A stretch of DNA of 32,821 bases, taken from the NCBI GenBank assembly GCA_002926195.1, contig MZXQ01000097.1, forward strand, positions 1 through 32,821. The letters are read 5' to 3'. Origin of the DNA: Candidatus Methanomarinus sp. HR1. GTDB lineage: Archaea > Halobacteriota > Methanosarcinia > Methanosarcinales > Methanocomedenaceae. The position numbers were made by a program, and so were the translations under genes. Below are positions 1-10,277 of this stretch, piece by piece (the stretch's first letter is position 1; every line of letters begins with the position of its first letter). A model generated the notes under the pieces. The model saw only the letters and a list, made by a program, of their open reading frames with translations. It made no database searches and was not told the DNA's origin.

Positions 1-772
1 GTATAATGCCTGCATAAAGGATAGTTGAAGACCCACCTGATTTTGACTCACTGATCTCAATGCAAACCTGGTCAAATGAAGGACTTACCCAGTTATATTT
101 CTTCAGATTATTGGCCCCTTCAACAAGATCTGGTTCTATTTCCACTCCATCACCGTCAGTTATCGTGATCCCGGTATTTTCCGGTTGTATGGTATTAATG
201 ACTAACGCATACATACCTGTCATAGGTACATAATTATAATTCACAGTCGGAGGAACTGTTATTTTCTTAATAAAATCAATTGATCCCTCTTTTTCCATAT
301 CAGGATCTACTGGTACCATATACTCCAGATGATACATAGATGGCATACCCATACTGCTCTGGATTGAATCATCCCATCCGATAATATTATCATCGACCTG
401 GAATGATGTAATAGCAATACCCTGGCTATCCATTGCCATGGTATTTTTCGTTACTACCAGATTAAATGCATCATCCTGCAGCCATGTGTAAATAGGTCCT
501 GTATAATTTTGTGTACCAACATTCCTGAATATAATTGTCTCGCTTACTGTCAAATAACCTTCATTTTTCAGGTGATCGACTTCAATTAAATGCTGAACAA
601 TAATTATTTCCACTACATTTGATGATATGGATGTATTCCCCATCATACCAGTGCTATTACCGGTGCTATTATTAGATGCATAATGAGCAAATGCATAACC
701 TGATGGAAAAGAGCTTATCAATACTAAAATAAGTACTGTACTAAAGAATATTATTGATTTAATTGATGACAT
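1..772 (-). CDS. Exported protein of unknown function; N-terminal 257 codons, with the gene running off the left edge
   Basis: Absent from the ORF track because the window edge truncates it. I checked every minus-strand codon from the ATG (complement of 770-772) down to base 2 and found no stop. The N-terminus MSSIKSIIFFSTVLILVLISSFPSGYAFA looks like a signal peptide. Confidence 0.6.
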   Translation of the reverse strand, partial: MSSIKSIIFFSTVLILVLISSFPSGYAFAHYASNNSTGNSTGMMGNTSISSNVVEIIIVQHLIEVDHLKNEGYLTVSETIIFRNVGTQNYTGPIYTWLQDDAFNLVVTKNTMAMDSQGIAITSFQVDDNIIGWDDSIQSSMGMPSMYHLEYMVPVDPDMEKEGSIDFIKKITVPPTVNYNYVPMTGMYALVINTIQPENTGITITDGDGVEIEPDLVEGANNLKKYNWVSPSFDQVCIEISESKSGGSSTILYAGII

Positions 773-900
773 TGACCTGTATTTCTTTTTTTATAGTATA
801 TAACTTATGGGGTTATATTCGTGTAAACGCTCACTTCATTTAAGTTAACCAGGATTTATTGATGGACATTAGTTTCATGAATAATTATAAGGACAATCAT

Positions 901-909
901 TTTAATATA
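901..909 (+). promoter_or_regulatory. TATA-box-like element (tttaatata) upstream of the ahb gene; the spacing implies a leaderless or very short-leader mRNA
   Basis: AT-rich octamer about 20-27 nt upstream of the ATG at 928. No SD-like motif lies between them. Confidence 0.3.
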
Positions 910-927
910 ATAATACAACGATGACAT

Positions 928-1386
928 ATGGATAGCATTGACAGACAAATAATAAAACTCACCCAGGACGGTATTTCAATAGAATCCGAACCATTTAAAG
1001 AAATTGCCAGGCATTTGAACATATCAGAGAATGAGGTCATCCAGCGAATAAAGCATTTGCAGTATCAAGGAGTGATCAGGCGTTTCGGTGCATCCATAGG
1101 ACACAGAGTAATAGGAATTACTGCCAATGCTATGTGTACCTGGAATGTACCTGATGAACGAGTAGAAGATATTGGAGCTATCATGGCTGGATTTACTGAA
1201 GTGACCCACTGTTATGAAAGACCGAAAAATAAGGAGTGGCCCTTTAATCTCTATACTATGGTTCATGCCTATACCCATAGTGAATGCGAAAAAATTGCCG
1301 CCCAGATTTCCAGTGCTACTGGTATTACAGATTATAAAATACTGTTCAGTGAGAAGGAATTCAAGAAGACAGGTGTCAGAATTTGA
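928..1386 (+). CDS. Siroheme decarboxylase subunit (AhbA/AhbB, NirD/L/G/H family; Lrp/AsnC-like fold)
   Basis: 152 aa. It has an N-terminal HTH-like segment (DRQIIKLTQDGISIESEPFKEIARHLNISENEVIQRIKHL) and the C-terminal pattern FNLYTMVHA...ILFSEKEFKKTG typical of the family. It sits in a tetrapyrrole gene cluster. Confidence 0.8.
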   Translation: MDSIDRQIIKLTQDGISIESEPFKEIARHLNISENEVIQRIKHLQYQGVIRRFGASIGHRVIGITANAMCTWNVPDERVEDIGAIMAGFTEVTHCYERPKNKEWPFNLYTMVHAYTHSECEKIAAQISSATGITDYKILFSEKEFKKTGVRI

Positions 1387-2045
1387 AGAATGATTTACCC
1401 CAACTCCTGCCTCTTATGATAAATATGGAGCATAAGAAGGTGGTAATATTTGGCGGGGGACAGGTTGGAGAAAGAAAAGCCAGCCTGTTTGTTAAATATG
1501 CTCCTACAACTCTCATAAGCCGCAGTTTTACTTCAAGAATACATGATCTTGAGAAGCAGGGTCTTGAGTTGATCAGGGTCAATACGCTATCTGATAATGA
1601 AATACTGGATTATATTAATGGTGCCTTTATTGTAATTCCAGCAACAAGTGACAGGAAATTAAATAAAAAGATTGCTAATCTGGCTCATTCGAACAGGTGT
1701 CTGGTAAATTCAGTGGACGGACTGGATGATCTGGCAGTTCCGTCAATTATCAAGAGAGGTAATATCACTTTAGCTATCTCTACACAGGGAGCAAGTCCTG
1801 CCCTGTCCAAATTCATACGGCTGAAGATCGAAGAGACCATTCCGGATAATGCTGAGTTTGAAGATATGGTGCGGTTATTGAAAGAGATGAGGGAAATATT
1901 AAAAACTAAAGTGACTAACCAGAAGGATAGAGCCAGTATTTTATGGGACATCCTGGAAGATGAGGAAGTCTGGAAGGCATTGGGTGAGTCATATGAGGTG
2001 GCATTTGATGTTGCCAGAAAACATATGGAACAAAATCCTCGCTAA
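1383..2045 (+). CDS. sirC: Precorrin-2 dehydrogenase / sirohydrochlorin ferrochelatase-type protein (SirC / Met8 / CysG N-terminal family)
   Basis: LPLMINMEHKKVVIFGGGQVGERKA is the family N-terminus plus a Rossmann GxGxxG motif. The start is a TTG at 1383 overlapping the upstream TGA (tTTGA). Confidence 0.8.
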   Translation: MKNDLPQLLPLMINMEHKKVVIFGGGQVGERKASLFVKYAPTTLISRSFTSRIHDLEKQGLELIRVNTLSDNEILDYINGAFIVIPATSDRKLNKKIANLAHSNRCLVNSVDGLDDLAVPSIIKRGNITLAISTQGASPALSKFIRLKIEETIPDNAEFEDMVRLLKEMREILKTKVTNQKDRASILWDILEDEEVWKALGESYEVAFDVARKHMEQNPR

Positions 2046-2119
2046 GGCCCGGATTTTGTTCTGTGTTAAATTCACAAGTTTTATTATTATAAAAAATAAT
2101 CATCATCAATGGTTGTACC

Positions 2120-4069
2120 ATGAAAAAACTGCTACCACTTGTGATTATGATTATCATAATATCACTATTGATCACATTTTCCGGATGTATAAAAAAAGCT
2201 GATGACCAAATTCCAGTACCATCTGAGCCATTGAATATTAGCAATGTAACAACAAAATGGGATCTTTCATTTTTATTTAATAGCAGAGTAGAAGCAGATA
2301 AAGAAGTGATGAGACTGGTAAAAATAGAGTTCGAATTAGAAGACAAATATATTAACAATTATTTCCGCCCTCAGTTCCAAACCTTAAAAGGCGAGGTTTT
2401 AATGGAGTATTTAGAAGAAGAAGAATATTATTTAGAATCTTTTGAGGCCTTATGGCAATATGCATTTGCTCAACACAGTCTAAATGTTAATGACCCGTAT
2501 TTTAATAACCTTCTCTCGGATATGCAGGATTTAAGCACAAAACACGATGAAGCTACATCCTTTGTTGAAGTAAAGCTCACATCTATTTCAGAAGATGAAT
2601 GGGATCGGATATTTAGTGAAGAACCGGGACTGGAGAAATATAGACCCTACCTGGAATCCAATTATATAAGGTATAAAGATCATAGACCTCATAATGAAAA
2701 CCACAATGCATATCTTACCGAAATTATAAATCAACTGATGAAACTTGAAACAATTGCAACAACAGAAATTACTAATAACGTTACTAAGCCTGGAAATATA
2801 ACTCTTGATAATGGGGAAGAATATGCAATTAATTCACAATCCTTTTATTTTCTTCTTTATACTGATAATAATCGAAAAAACAGAGAGAAATGTTACAATA
2901 AAAGATTTGATCATTTGATCAATGAATCTGATAAAATGGCAGAACTCTACAATGAAAAATCAAAATTAGATGACAAACATGCAAGAGAATTGAATTACAC
3001 TGATGCCTTTGAAGCCAGCTTGTTTTGTTCCTATCTTGAAAAAGAACAAATTGATGATATGAATTCGGTTTTAAAAAAACGGAAAAATGTATTTGACGAA
3101 TATTTTGAGTTCAAAAGGAATAAACTCGGACTTGATCAATTAAGACCTTATGATATTTACCTACATTTATCAGAAGAACCGATCCAGTATTGCAATTACA
3201 CTGATGCACTGCTTGATATACAACAATCCTATTCTTCGATGGATCCTGAATTTAATCGAATTTTCATACAAACCGTAACCGGTAATTGTATAGATGTTTA
3301 TCCAAATCCTGAAAATGGGAAACAGTCGGGTGGTTATTGCTTTGGTCCCTGTAAGGAAGATACATTTCCACTAATTTTTTTGAACTATAACGGATTAATC
3401 TCAGATAAAAAATCAATTACCCGTAAAATGGGTTATGGATTTTATTTTTATTTGGTGTACAATAACGTTGACTATCTTTATTGTGACGGTACAACATATG
3501 AGATGGAGATTCCTTCTACCTTCAATGAAGAGTTATTTATTGATTATATCATTAACAATAAAAGTAATGAAACAGTAGTTTCTATGCTGTCCCAGCATAT
3601 CGAAGATTATTATAGCTATTTCACTACCCAACCTTTGATCACAGAATTTGAATACGAGGCACATAGATTATGTTCTAAGCAGGATAATATTAGCGGTGCT
3701 GATCTTAACTCATTGTGGACAAATCTGTCAAAGGAATATAGGAATGAAAAAATAAAATATTATGATGAGGATTCAGCAGAATGGATACTTTTTAAACATA
3801 TTTATTTTACATACAATTATCATACATATAATTACGCAATTTCAAAGGCGATAACCCTCTCTCTTTTTAAACAATATAAAGAGGACCCACAAAAATTCAA
3901 TGAGAATTATATAGAATATCTAAAAGCAGGTACAACGATCACTCCACAGGAAAAATTAAAGAAATATTTTAATATCAAAATAGATGAAAAACTATTTGAA
4001 GATGCAATGGACGTTGTAGAATCAAGAGTAAATACACTGATAGAACTTGAAAAAGAAACTGTCGAGTAA
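2120..4069 (+). CDS. Lipoprotein, M3B oligoendopeptidase-F (PepF) homologue with a degenerate zinc site (predicted pseudo-peptidase)
   Basis: Signal peptide plus lipobox-like ITFSGC. PepF-like landmarks are WDLSFLF near the N-terminus, IDVYPNPENGKQSGGYCFG and PLIFLNYNG. At the position of HEXXH the sequence reads RKMGY (3422-3436). The downstream EIPSTFNEEL segment is retained. Confidence 0.65.
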   Translation: MKKLLPLVIMIIIISLLITFSGCIKKADDQIPVPSEPLNISNVTTKWDLSFLFNSRVEADKEVMRLVKIEFELEDKYINNYFRPQFQTLKGEVLMEYLEEEEYYLESFEALWQYAFAQHSLNVNDPYFNNLLSDMQDLSTKHDEATSFVEVKLTSISEDEWDRIFSEEPGLEKYRPYLESNYIRYKDHRPHNENHNAYLTEIINQLMKLETIATTEITNNVTKPGNITLDNGEEYAINSQSFYFLLYTDNNRKNREKCYNKRFDHLINESDKMAELYNEKSKLDDKHARELNYTDAFEASLFCSYLEKEQIDDMNSVLKKRKNVFDEYFEFKRNKLGLDQLRPYDIYLHLSEEPIQYCNYTDALLDIQQSYSSMDPEFNRIFIQTVTGNCIDVYPNPENGKQSGGYCFGPCKEDTFPLIFLNYNGLISDKKSITRKMGYGFYFYLVYNNVDYLYCDGTTYEMEIPSTFNEELFIDYIINNKSNETVVSMLSQHIEDYYSYFTTQPLITEFEYEAHRLCSKQDNISGADLNSLWTNLSKEYRNEKIKYYDEDSAEWILFKHIYFTYNYHTYNYAISKAITLSLFKQYKEDPQKFNENYIEYLKAGTTITPQEKLKKYFNIKIDEKLFEDAMDVVESRVNTLIELEKETVE

Positions 4070-4113
4070 AACGTTAGTTTTATTTGGGTAGCAAGGCTAT
4101 AATAACACATCAT

Positions 4114-5379
4114 ATGACTGAAATTTCAAGTATGCTAATAACCCATGTAACAGCCAATGTTGAAGATATTGAAAAACTTCATGCATGGCACGGTGGTGTG
4201 GATAAAATTTTGCGTATGCTGCATGCAAACGAACAGGTATTGGAATGTGCTATGCTTATGACCTGCAACAGGGTTGAAGTTTATGTGGTCTCGCCCAAAG
4301 GCAGTAAAATGCTTTTAAAATTTGCAAAAAAGATGAATGTACCAGACCGAATCGTGGATTTCCTTGATCACGAAGAGTCCATCCGTCATTTAATACGAGT
4401 TGCTTCAGGCATGGAATCTATGATCGTAGGAGAGGACCAGATCCTGGGTCAGGTAAAAGACCTGTATAATATTGCAAAAAAGACGGGAAGCACTGGAAAG
4501 ATGCTGGATACGGCATTTAACAAGGCTATACATGTGGGTAAAAGGGTCAGGAATGAGACAGCCATTAATAAGGGATCGGTATCTATCGGCTCCGCAGCCG
4601 TAGAACTGGCAGAAGAAGTGATGGTTGATCTTAAAGGAAAGACCGTTATGATTATCGGGGCCGGAGAGATGGGAACCTTGGTAGCTAAAGCTCTGGCAAA
4701 CAAGAACATTAATGCCTTATATGTCGCCAACCGCACTTTTGAGCGGGCCGTGGAATTAGCAGATGAACTTAGTGGGACTGCGATAGCGTATGATATGATC
4801 TCTGACTACATAGGGGAATCTGATGTAGTGATCAGTGCAACTGCTGCACCACACCTGGTAATTACTAAAGATATAATAGAAAATAGTTTATCCGAACGTG
4901 ATCAGGATATTCTGCTTATCGACATTGCCAACCCGAGAGATATCGAAGAATCAGTAGTCCAAATACAGGCAGTCAAACTGTTTAATATTGACAGTCTAAA
5001 AAGCATCAGCGAAAAGAACTTAAGAAAACGCCGTGATGAAATACCCAGGGTGAAGAAGATAATTGAGGAGGAAATGGAACTTCTCAATAAACAATATAAA
5101 CGTCAAAAAGCTGATAAAGTTATTGCAGGTTTATATAATATAATAGAAGAAATACGCACCACCCAACGGGATGTTGCCATTAACAAATTGAGTGCCTACC
5201 ATAACCTGGGAGAAATTGAACGTGAAGTACTTAACGACCTTACTCATTCGGTAGCCAATAAGATACTGGCAGAACCTACCAAAAAACTGCGCAATGCAGC
5301 AGAACATGATAATGAGCTGTTTCTCAATACTGTGGCTGAATTGTTCGAGCTTAATGATAATAAAATTGATGAAAAATAA
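4114..5379 (+). CDS. hemA: Glutamyl-tRNA reductase
   Basis: ITHVTANVEDIEKL N-terminus, catalytic-Cys context LMTCNRVEVY, ESMIVGEDQILGQVK, and NADPH motif MIIGAGEMG. The track ORF starts at TTG 4084. ATG 4114 (or 4132) fits the family N-terminus better. Confidence 0.93.
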   Translation: MTEISSMLITHVTANVEDIEKLHAWHGGVDKILRMLHANEQVLECAMLMTCNRVEVYVVSPKGSKMLLKFAKKMNVPDRIVDFLDHEESIRHLIRVASGMESMIVGEDQILGQVKDLYNIAKKTGSTGKMLDTAFNKAIHVGKRVRNETAINKGSVSIGSAAVELAEEVMVDLKGKTVMIIGAGEMGTLVAKALANKNINALYVANRTFERAVELADELSGTAIAYDMISDYIGESDVVISATAAPHLVITKDIIENSLSERDQDILLIDIANPRDIEESVVQIQAVKLFNIDSLKSISEKNLRKRRDEIPRVKKIIEEEMELLNKQYKRQKADKVIAGLYNIIEEIRTTQRDVAINKLSAYHNLGEIEREVLNDLTHSVANKILAEPTKKLRNAAEHDNELFLNTVAELFELNDNKIDEK

Positions 5380-5397
5380 TATTTCAGGTAAATTATT

Positions 5398-6378
5398 ATG
5401 TTTCCAATCACCAGACTAAGAAGACTCAGGGCACAAAAAATACGCAAAATGGTAAGAGAAACAGATCTTTCGGTAAATGACCTGATTGCGCCATTATTTG
5501 TAGATGAGAATATTACTGAGACAATGCCAATATCATCTATGCCCGGGATACAGAGAGAAACTCCGAAAAGTATAGTGGACGAAGCAAAGGCATTGGTTGA
5601 TCTGGAAATTCCGGCTATTGTCCTGTTTGGAATACCAGCACAAAAAAACGAGATGGGTAGTCATGCATGGGGAGATGATGATGTTATACAGAACGCTGTA
5701 CGGGATATCAAAAACGAAGTAGGTAGTGATATGGTAATTATCACAGACCTGTGTCTGTGTGAATATACTACCCACGGTCACTGCGGTATGGTGGATTATA
5801 AGACCGGTGAGGTACTGAATGACCCGACCCTCCCATTACTGGCCCAAACTGCGTTGAGCCATGTTAACGCAGGTGCTGATATAGTAGCTCCGTCAGGAAT
5901 GATGGATGGAATGATTAAAGCTATCCGTGAAGCTCTTGATCAGAATAGTTTTTTTAATACACCAATAATGTCATATGCTGCTAAATATTCCTCATCTTTC
6001 TACGGCCCTTTCAGGGAAGCTGCTGATTCTGGCTATCAATTCGGGGACCGCTCTACTTACCAGATGGACCCTGCCAACAGCAATGAAGCTCTTCGTGAGG
6101 TTGAACAGGATGTCCTGGAAGGAGCTGATATTGTAATGGTAAAACCTGCTTTACCGTACCTGGATATAATTTACAGGGTCAAGCATGAGTTCGGGATGCC
6201 TACGGCTGCCTATAATGTGAGCGGTGAATACTCTATGATAAAAGGAGCTGTTGAGCAAGGATGGTTAAATGAAAGTGCTATCATGGAATCCCTTATCTCA
6301 ATTAAACGGGCGGGTGCTGATATGATACTTACTTATTTTGCTAAAGAGGTAGCCAGGGATCTTAATGACTCAACTTGA
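5398..6378 (+). CDS. hemB: Porphobilinogen synthase (delta-aminolevulinate dehydratase)
   Basis: RLRRLR N-terminus, a Cys-rich zinc site [23 protein letters not shown], and the active-site Lys context [12 protein letters not shown]. Confidence 0.95.
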   Translation: MFPITRLRRLRAQKIRKMVRETDLSVNDLIAPLFVDENITETMPISSMPGIQRETPKSIVDEAKALVDLEIPAIVLFGIPAQKNEMGSHAWGDDDVIQNAVRDIKNEVGSDMVIITDLCLCEYTTHGHCGMVDYKTGEVLNDPTLPLLAQTALSHVNAGADIVAPSGMMDGMIKAIREALDQNSFFNTPIMSYAAKYSSSFYGPFREAADSGYQFGDRSTYQMDPANSNEALREVEQDVLEGADIVMVKPALPYLDIIYRVKHEFGMPTAAYNVSGEYSMIKGAVEQGWLNESAIMESLISIKRAGADMILTYFAKEVARDLNDST

Positions 6379-7303
6379 ATCACCCATCCGGCATGCTGTT
6401 ATCACTCCGGATATTTCTGTAACTGAACTGATAGATCAAATGAGCGGATGTGCATTCGGAGCAGGCCGGCTGGCAGAAGCAGTTGATATATATACTGCCA
6501 TGCTTAATGAGCGCGAATGTACCAGGTTCTTTGGTCTGGCAGGTGCTATGGTGCCTGCAGGTATGCGTAATATTATCAGTCATCTCATCAGGGAAGGCCA
6601 CATCGATGTACTGGTGACCACCGGAGCCAATATGGTACATGATGTTATTGAGGCTCTTGGATTACATCATTACAAAGGCAGCGACCTTGTAGATGATATA
6701 GAGTTAAAACACAACCAGGTGAATCGTATATATGATGTATTCCTTCCTGAGGAGCATTTTACTGATCTGGAGGATTTCTTACAGAGTACCTATTCACAAT
6801 TAAGTGATCAGACAATTTCCATAAGGGAATTGCTTACACATATAGGAAGTCATCTGGAAGATAAGGATTCCATATTAAAAAGCGCTTATGATGCTAATAT
6901 CCCGATCTACTGCCCGGCGTTGCAGGACTCTATTATCGGATTGCAGGCCTTTTTATTCAAACAGAACGCAAAACTGGTTGTGGATGCCTTTGCAGATATG
7001 AAGGAGTTTATGGATATATGTTACAATGCCACACGTACCGGTGCATTAATGGTGGGTGGAGGTGTACCCAAGAATTATATCTTACAAAGTATGCTTATTA
7101 CTCCGAATGATTTTGATTATGCTATCCAGCTAACCACAGACAGACCTGATCCCGGAGGGCTGAGCGGTGCCACACTGGAAGAAGCACAATCATGGGGTAA
7201 GGTAGGTGAACGTGCCAGGTCTATGACCATATACGGTGATGCTACTATTACCCTGCCGCTGCTTGTGGCTGCTACTATAAGCAGAATAGGAGAAATGAGA
7301 TGA
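6365..7303 (+). CDS. dys: Deoxyhypusine synthase
   Basis: 312 aa with family motifs [33 protein letters not shown] and EEAQSWGK. It overlaps hemB by 14 nt. Confidence 0.9.
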   Translation: MTQLESPIRHAVITPDISVTELIDQMSGCAFGAGRLAEAVDIYTAMLNERECTRFFGLAGAMVPAGMRNIISHLIREGHIDVLVTTGANMVHDVIEALGLHHYKGSDLVDDIELKHNQVNRIYDVFLPEEHFTDLEDFLQSTYSQLSDQTISIRELLTHIGSHLEDKDSILKSAYDANIPIYCPALQDSIIGLQAFLFKQNAKLVVDAFADMKEFMDICYNATRTGALMVGGGVPKNYILQSMLITPNDFDYAIQLTTDRPDPGGLSGATLEEAQSWGKVGERARSMTIYGDATITLPLLVAATISRIGEMR

Positions 7304-7956
7304 AAAAAGATACCGGACTAATACTGGCACTGGATGTAACAGACAGGGACAGTGCTCTGTCTATTGTAGAGGATACAGTTTCCTGTCTTGATGCAGTGAA
7401 GGTAGGGTATCCGCTGATATTAAGTACCGGACTTTCAATTATTGATCAGCTCCGTGATATATCACATGTACCTGTTATTGCAGATCTCAAAGTGGCAGAC
7501 ATACCTAATACTAATCATTTGATCCTGCAGCAGGCATACCGTGCAGGGGCATCGGGAGTAATAGTACATGCCTTTACCGGACAGGATAGTCTTATGGCCT
7601 GTACTAAAGAGGCGCGAAAGTGGAAACGGGATGTATTTGCAGTAACACAGATGAGTCATCCCGGAGCTGAAGATTTTCTGGTAGATGCAGCAGAGGATAT
7701 GGCAAAAATGGCTGTTAACTGCCAGGCAACAGGAGTAGTAGCTCCGGCAACCAGGCCAAAGATGGTCAGAATGATACGGCAGATCATCGGTGATCTGATC
7801 ATCATCTCGCCAGGTGTAGGTGCCCAGGGTGGCAGTGCAGCAGATACCATACAGGCAGGTGCTGATTATGTGATCATAGGCAGGAGTATCTATCAATCGC
7901 ATGAACCTGGTGCTGCTGCAAAGCAGATAGTAGATGAGATATCATCAGCATTATAA
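7300..7956 (+). CDS. pyrF: Orotidine 5'-phosphate decarboxylase
   Basis: [26 protein letters not shown] (catalytic DxKxxD context) and [14 protein letters not shown] overlap with dys. Confidence 0.9.
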   Translation: MKKDTGLILALDVTDRDSALSIVEDTVSCLDAVKVGYPLILSTGLSIIDQLRDISHVPVIADLKVADIPNTNHLILQQAYRAGASGVIVHAFTGQDSLMACTKEARKWKRDVFAVTQMSHPGAEDFLVDAAEDMAKMAVNCQATGVVAPATRPKMVRMIRQIIGDLIIISPGVGAQGGSAADTIQAGADYVIIGRSIYQSHEPGAAAKQIVDEISSAL

Positions 7957-8126
7957 GAGTATTAATAATATGTGTCAATGATGATCCTATTAACTGAGCA
8001 ATAGATGAAGAGCCCTATGAGTACTGAGACACATATCTATTATCAACTTTGTTAAGGTCTGTGTTCTTTTAACCGGAGATACTGTACCACCAATTTTATA
8101 TACACCTCTTTAGAAAACATAATCCG

Positions 8127-9407
8127 ATGTCAGATGAAACAACCCGGGACCCATTAAAGGCCAGCTTTGATGTTAACATAGAAATGAAGATCAATGATTC
8201 TCATTTCATCTATATCCAGACTGCAGATGGGTCTAAGAAGACCCTGGACTATGACTATAAAAAATGTAACGGGTGCGGGATATGTATCTCAGTTTGTCCG
8301 GTAGGTGCCATTGAAGCAGGTCCATTGCTCGAGATAGCTACAGGCATGGATGCACCACCTGTTATCATTGACCAGACCAAATGTACATTCTGCGGCATGT
8401 GTGCATCTTTTTGTCCGGTAAAGGCCATAAAGATGGACATAGACGGTGAAGATATTCTAAAAAAAACTGAATACATTCAACTCGACTCTAATGTTGTGAT
8501 AAATGAAAAATGCCTCCCCTGTATGCTATGTGAAAAAGTATGCCCACAAGAGGCCATTGAATTAACACTTACCATTCCTAAAAAAGAAGAAATAGCACCA
8601 CTTAAAGAAAATCAGGATGGTGAGATCACAGTAGATATGAACAAATGTAATTTTTGTGGTATATGTGCTTATTTCTGTTTGGCATTCGTATTAGTAGAAA
8701 GAGATCCAACTGCGAATAATCCTGTACCTTTTGTCGATCTTCTTCTTGATCTTGATAAATGTGATTACTGCAAGATATGTGAAGACCTGTGCCCTGAAGA
8801 TGCTATTAAAGTCAAAGGCATCCTGCAGGTCCAGGTACCAGAGATCAACGGTACGCTGAATATAGATAATAATAAGTGCGTTAAGTGCGGATGGTGCAGG
8901 GAAGTATGTCCTTATGATGCAGTAGAAGTGATAAAACCATTTGAAGGAGATATTGAGCTTATAGAAAAGAGATTGGCAGAATGTGATCCGATAGGATGTC
9001 ACGGTTGTTTTAATGTATGTCCTGCCCATGCCTGGTTTATTCCAGGTGATAAAAAAATAGATGTGGCAAAAGATCTTTGTATCTACTGCGGAGCATGTGA
9101 AAAAGCCTGTCATGTATATGCCATAGAGGTCGGACGTACAGATGTGAAGCACACTCAAATAACGAATAAGCCATGGACTTCTCAATGGGAAGATGCTGTT
9201 ATTTCAATTAAGACAGAAAATCGTGTAAGACCTGATATCAACCGCAGGGTGGAAGTGGATACAACATGCATCCGACATCGTGAACTTAAAGAGATATCTT
9301 CCAGGGAAGATAATGATCATATGCCGGAAATTCGTTCACGGATAGATGAGCTGATTTTGGTGCTTGGTGATATTAAGAGCAGGTATAAAATGGAGCGTGG
9401 ATTTTGA
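8127..9407 (+). CDS. Polyferredoxin with about eight [4Fe-4S]-type cysteine motifs
   Basis: Motifs present: CNGCGICISVCP, CTFCGMCASFCP, CLPCMLCEKVCP, CNFCGICAYFC, CDYCKICEDLCP, CVKCGWCREVCP, CHGCFNVCP and CIYCGACEKAC. Confidence 0.85.
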   Translation: MSDETTRDPLKASFDVNIEMKINDSHFIYIQTADGSKKTLDYDYKKCNGCGICISVCPVGAIEAGPLLEIATGMDAPPVIIDQTKCTFCGMCASFCPVKAIKMDIDGEDILKKTEYIQLDSNVVINEKCLPCMLCEKVCPQEAIELTLTIPKKEEIAPLKENQDGEITVDMNKCNFCGICAYFCLAFVLVERDPTANNPVPFVDLLLDLDKCDYCKICEDLCPEDAIKVKGILQVQVPEINGTLNIDNNKCVKCGWCREVCPYDAVEVIKPFEGDIELIEKRLAECDPIGCHGCFNVCPAHAWFIPGDKKIDVAKDLCIYCGACEKACHVYAIEVGRTDVKHTQITNKPWTSQWEDAVISIKTENRVRPDINRRVEVDTTCIRHRELKEISSREDNDHMPEIRSRIDELILVLGDIKSRYKMERGF

Positions 9408-9433
9408 AGTCCATTTTGTACAATTTAATTGGC

Positions 9434-9440
9434 TTTTTTT
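9434..9440 (+). terminator. Oligo-T run (T7), a possible archaeal terminator after the polyferredoxin gene
   Basis: ggcttttttt lies 27 nt past the stop at 9407. Confidence 0.35.
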
Positions 9441-9475
9441 CACAATTATGCTATTTTCCCGCAATATTGGGAAAG

Positions 9476-9483
9476 TTTTATAT
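9476..9483 (+). promoter_or_regulatory. TATA-box-like element (ttttatat) upstream of the ABC ATPase gene
   Basis: Lies about 24-31 nt upstream of ATG 9507 and is preceded by the hairpin tttccc-gcaatatt-gggaaa. Confidence 0.3.
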
Positions 9484-9506
9484 GATTAATCATCACACTC
9501 CCATCC

Positions 9507-10277
9507 ATGAAACTCATACAAGAACTAACGATCATAGGCGGTATAGACAAATCGGGGATTAAAGAAGAGATTGAAAAGATCAGCATATCTCCCGGCGAGA
9601 TAATCGGGATTGTTGGACCTACCGGTTCAGGAAAAAGTACTCTTATTTGTGATATCGAACAGCTTGCACAGGCTGATACACCAACCGGACGTACAATATT
9701 AATAAACGGAGTTGTTCCCACACAGGAAATACGCACTGATCCCCGAAAAAAGTGCATAGCCCAATTGTCCCAGAATATGCATTTTCTTGCAGACATGACA
9801 GTAATTGAGTTTCTCAGTATGCATGCAAAGAGTAGAAATAAAAATTCAAATGCTGCAGAAAGAGTCATAGAACATGCAAATACTCTTACAGGAGAACCAA
9901 TTCATCCTGAGCACCAGCTTACTATATTAAGCGGCGGACAGTCCAGAGCACTTATGGCAGCAGATATTGCAGTAATAAGCGATTCACCTATTGTACTGAT
10001 CGATGAGATAGAAAATGCAGGTATAAAGAAACAGAAAGCTTTAAAGCTATTAGCATCCGAGGGCAAGATCGTTATGGTAGTAACACATGACCCGGTACTG
10101 GCACTGATGACAAAGCGCAGGATCGTTATGAAGACCGGTGGAATGAGACAGATAATCACCAAGACATCATCAGAGGAAGGGCTGTGGAATAAACTTGTTA
10201 AAATTGATGATTATATGATGTCACTTCGCGATACTATCAGACATGGCGGACTGGTAGAGGAAGTAAGTGCTGTATGA
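9507..10277 (+). CDS. Single-domain ABC-type ATPase with no adjacent permease or binding protein
   Basis: Walker [10 protein letters not shown], signature LSGGQ, Walker B IVLIDE, and H-loop region VTHD. No membrane-protein gene lies within the operon. Confidence 0.8.
   Translation: MKLIQELTIIGGIDKSGIKEEIEKISISPGEIIGIVGPTGSGKSTLICDIEQLAQADTPTGRTILINGVVPTQEIRTDPRKKCIAQLSQNMHFLADMTVIEFLSMHAKSRNKNSNAAERVIEHANTLTGEPIHPEHQLTILSGGQSRALMAADIAVISDSPIVLIDEIENAGIKKQKALKLLASEGKIVMVVTHDPVLALMTKRRIVMKTGGMRQIITKTSSEEGLWNKLVKIDDYMMSLRDTIRHGGLVEEVSAV

Noticed and set aside
7462-7902. Long antisense or alternative-frame ORFs inside well-supported genes. Examples: 7462-7902, 8691-9185, 9446-9868, 16108-16539, 19869-20354, 21229-21498, 21374-21763, 27751-28113 and 30570-30950.
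   Set aside because: Each lies fully within a CDS that has strong family motifs on the other strand or frame. Their translations are low-complexity or Cys/Ser/Ile-rich with no recognisable motifs. They are typical shadow ORFs.
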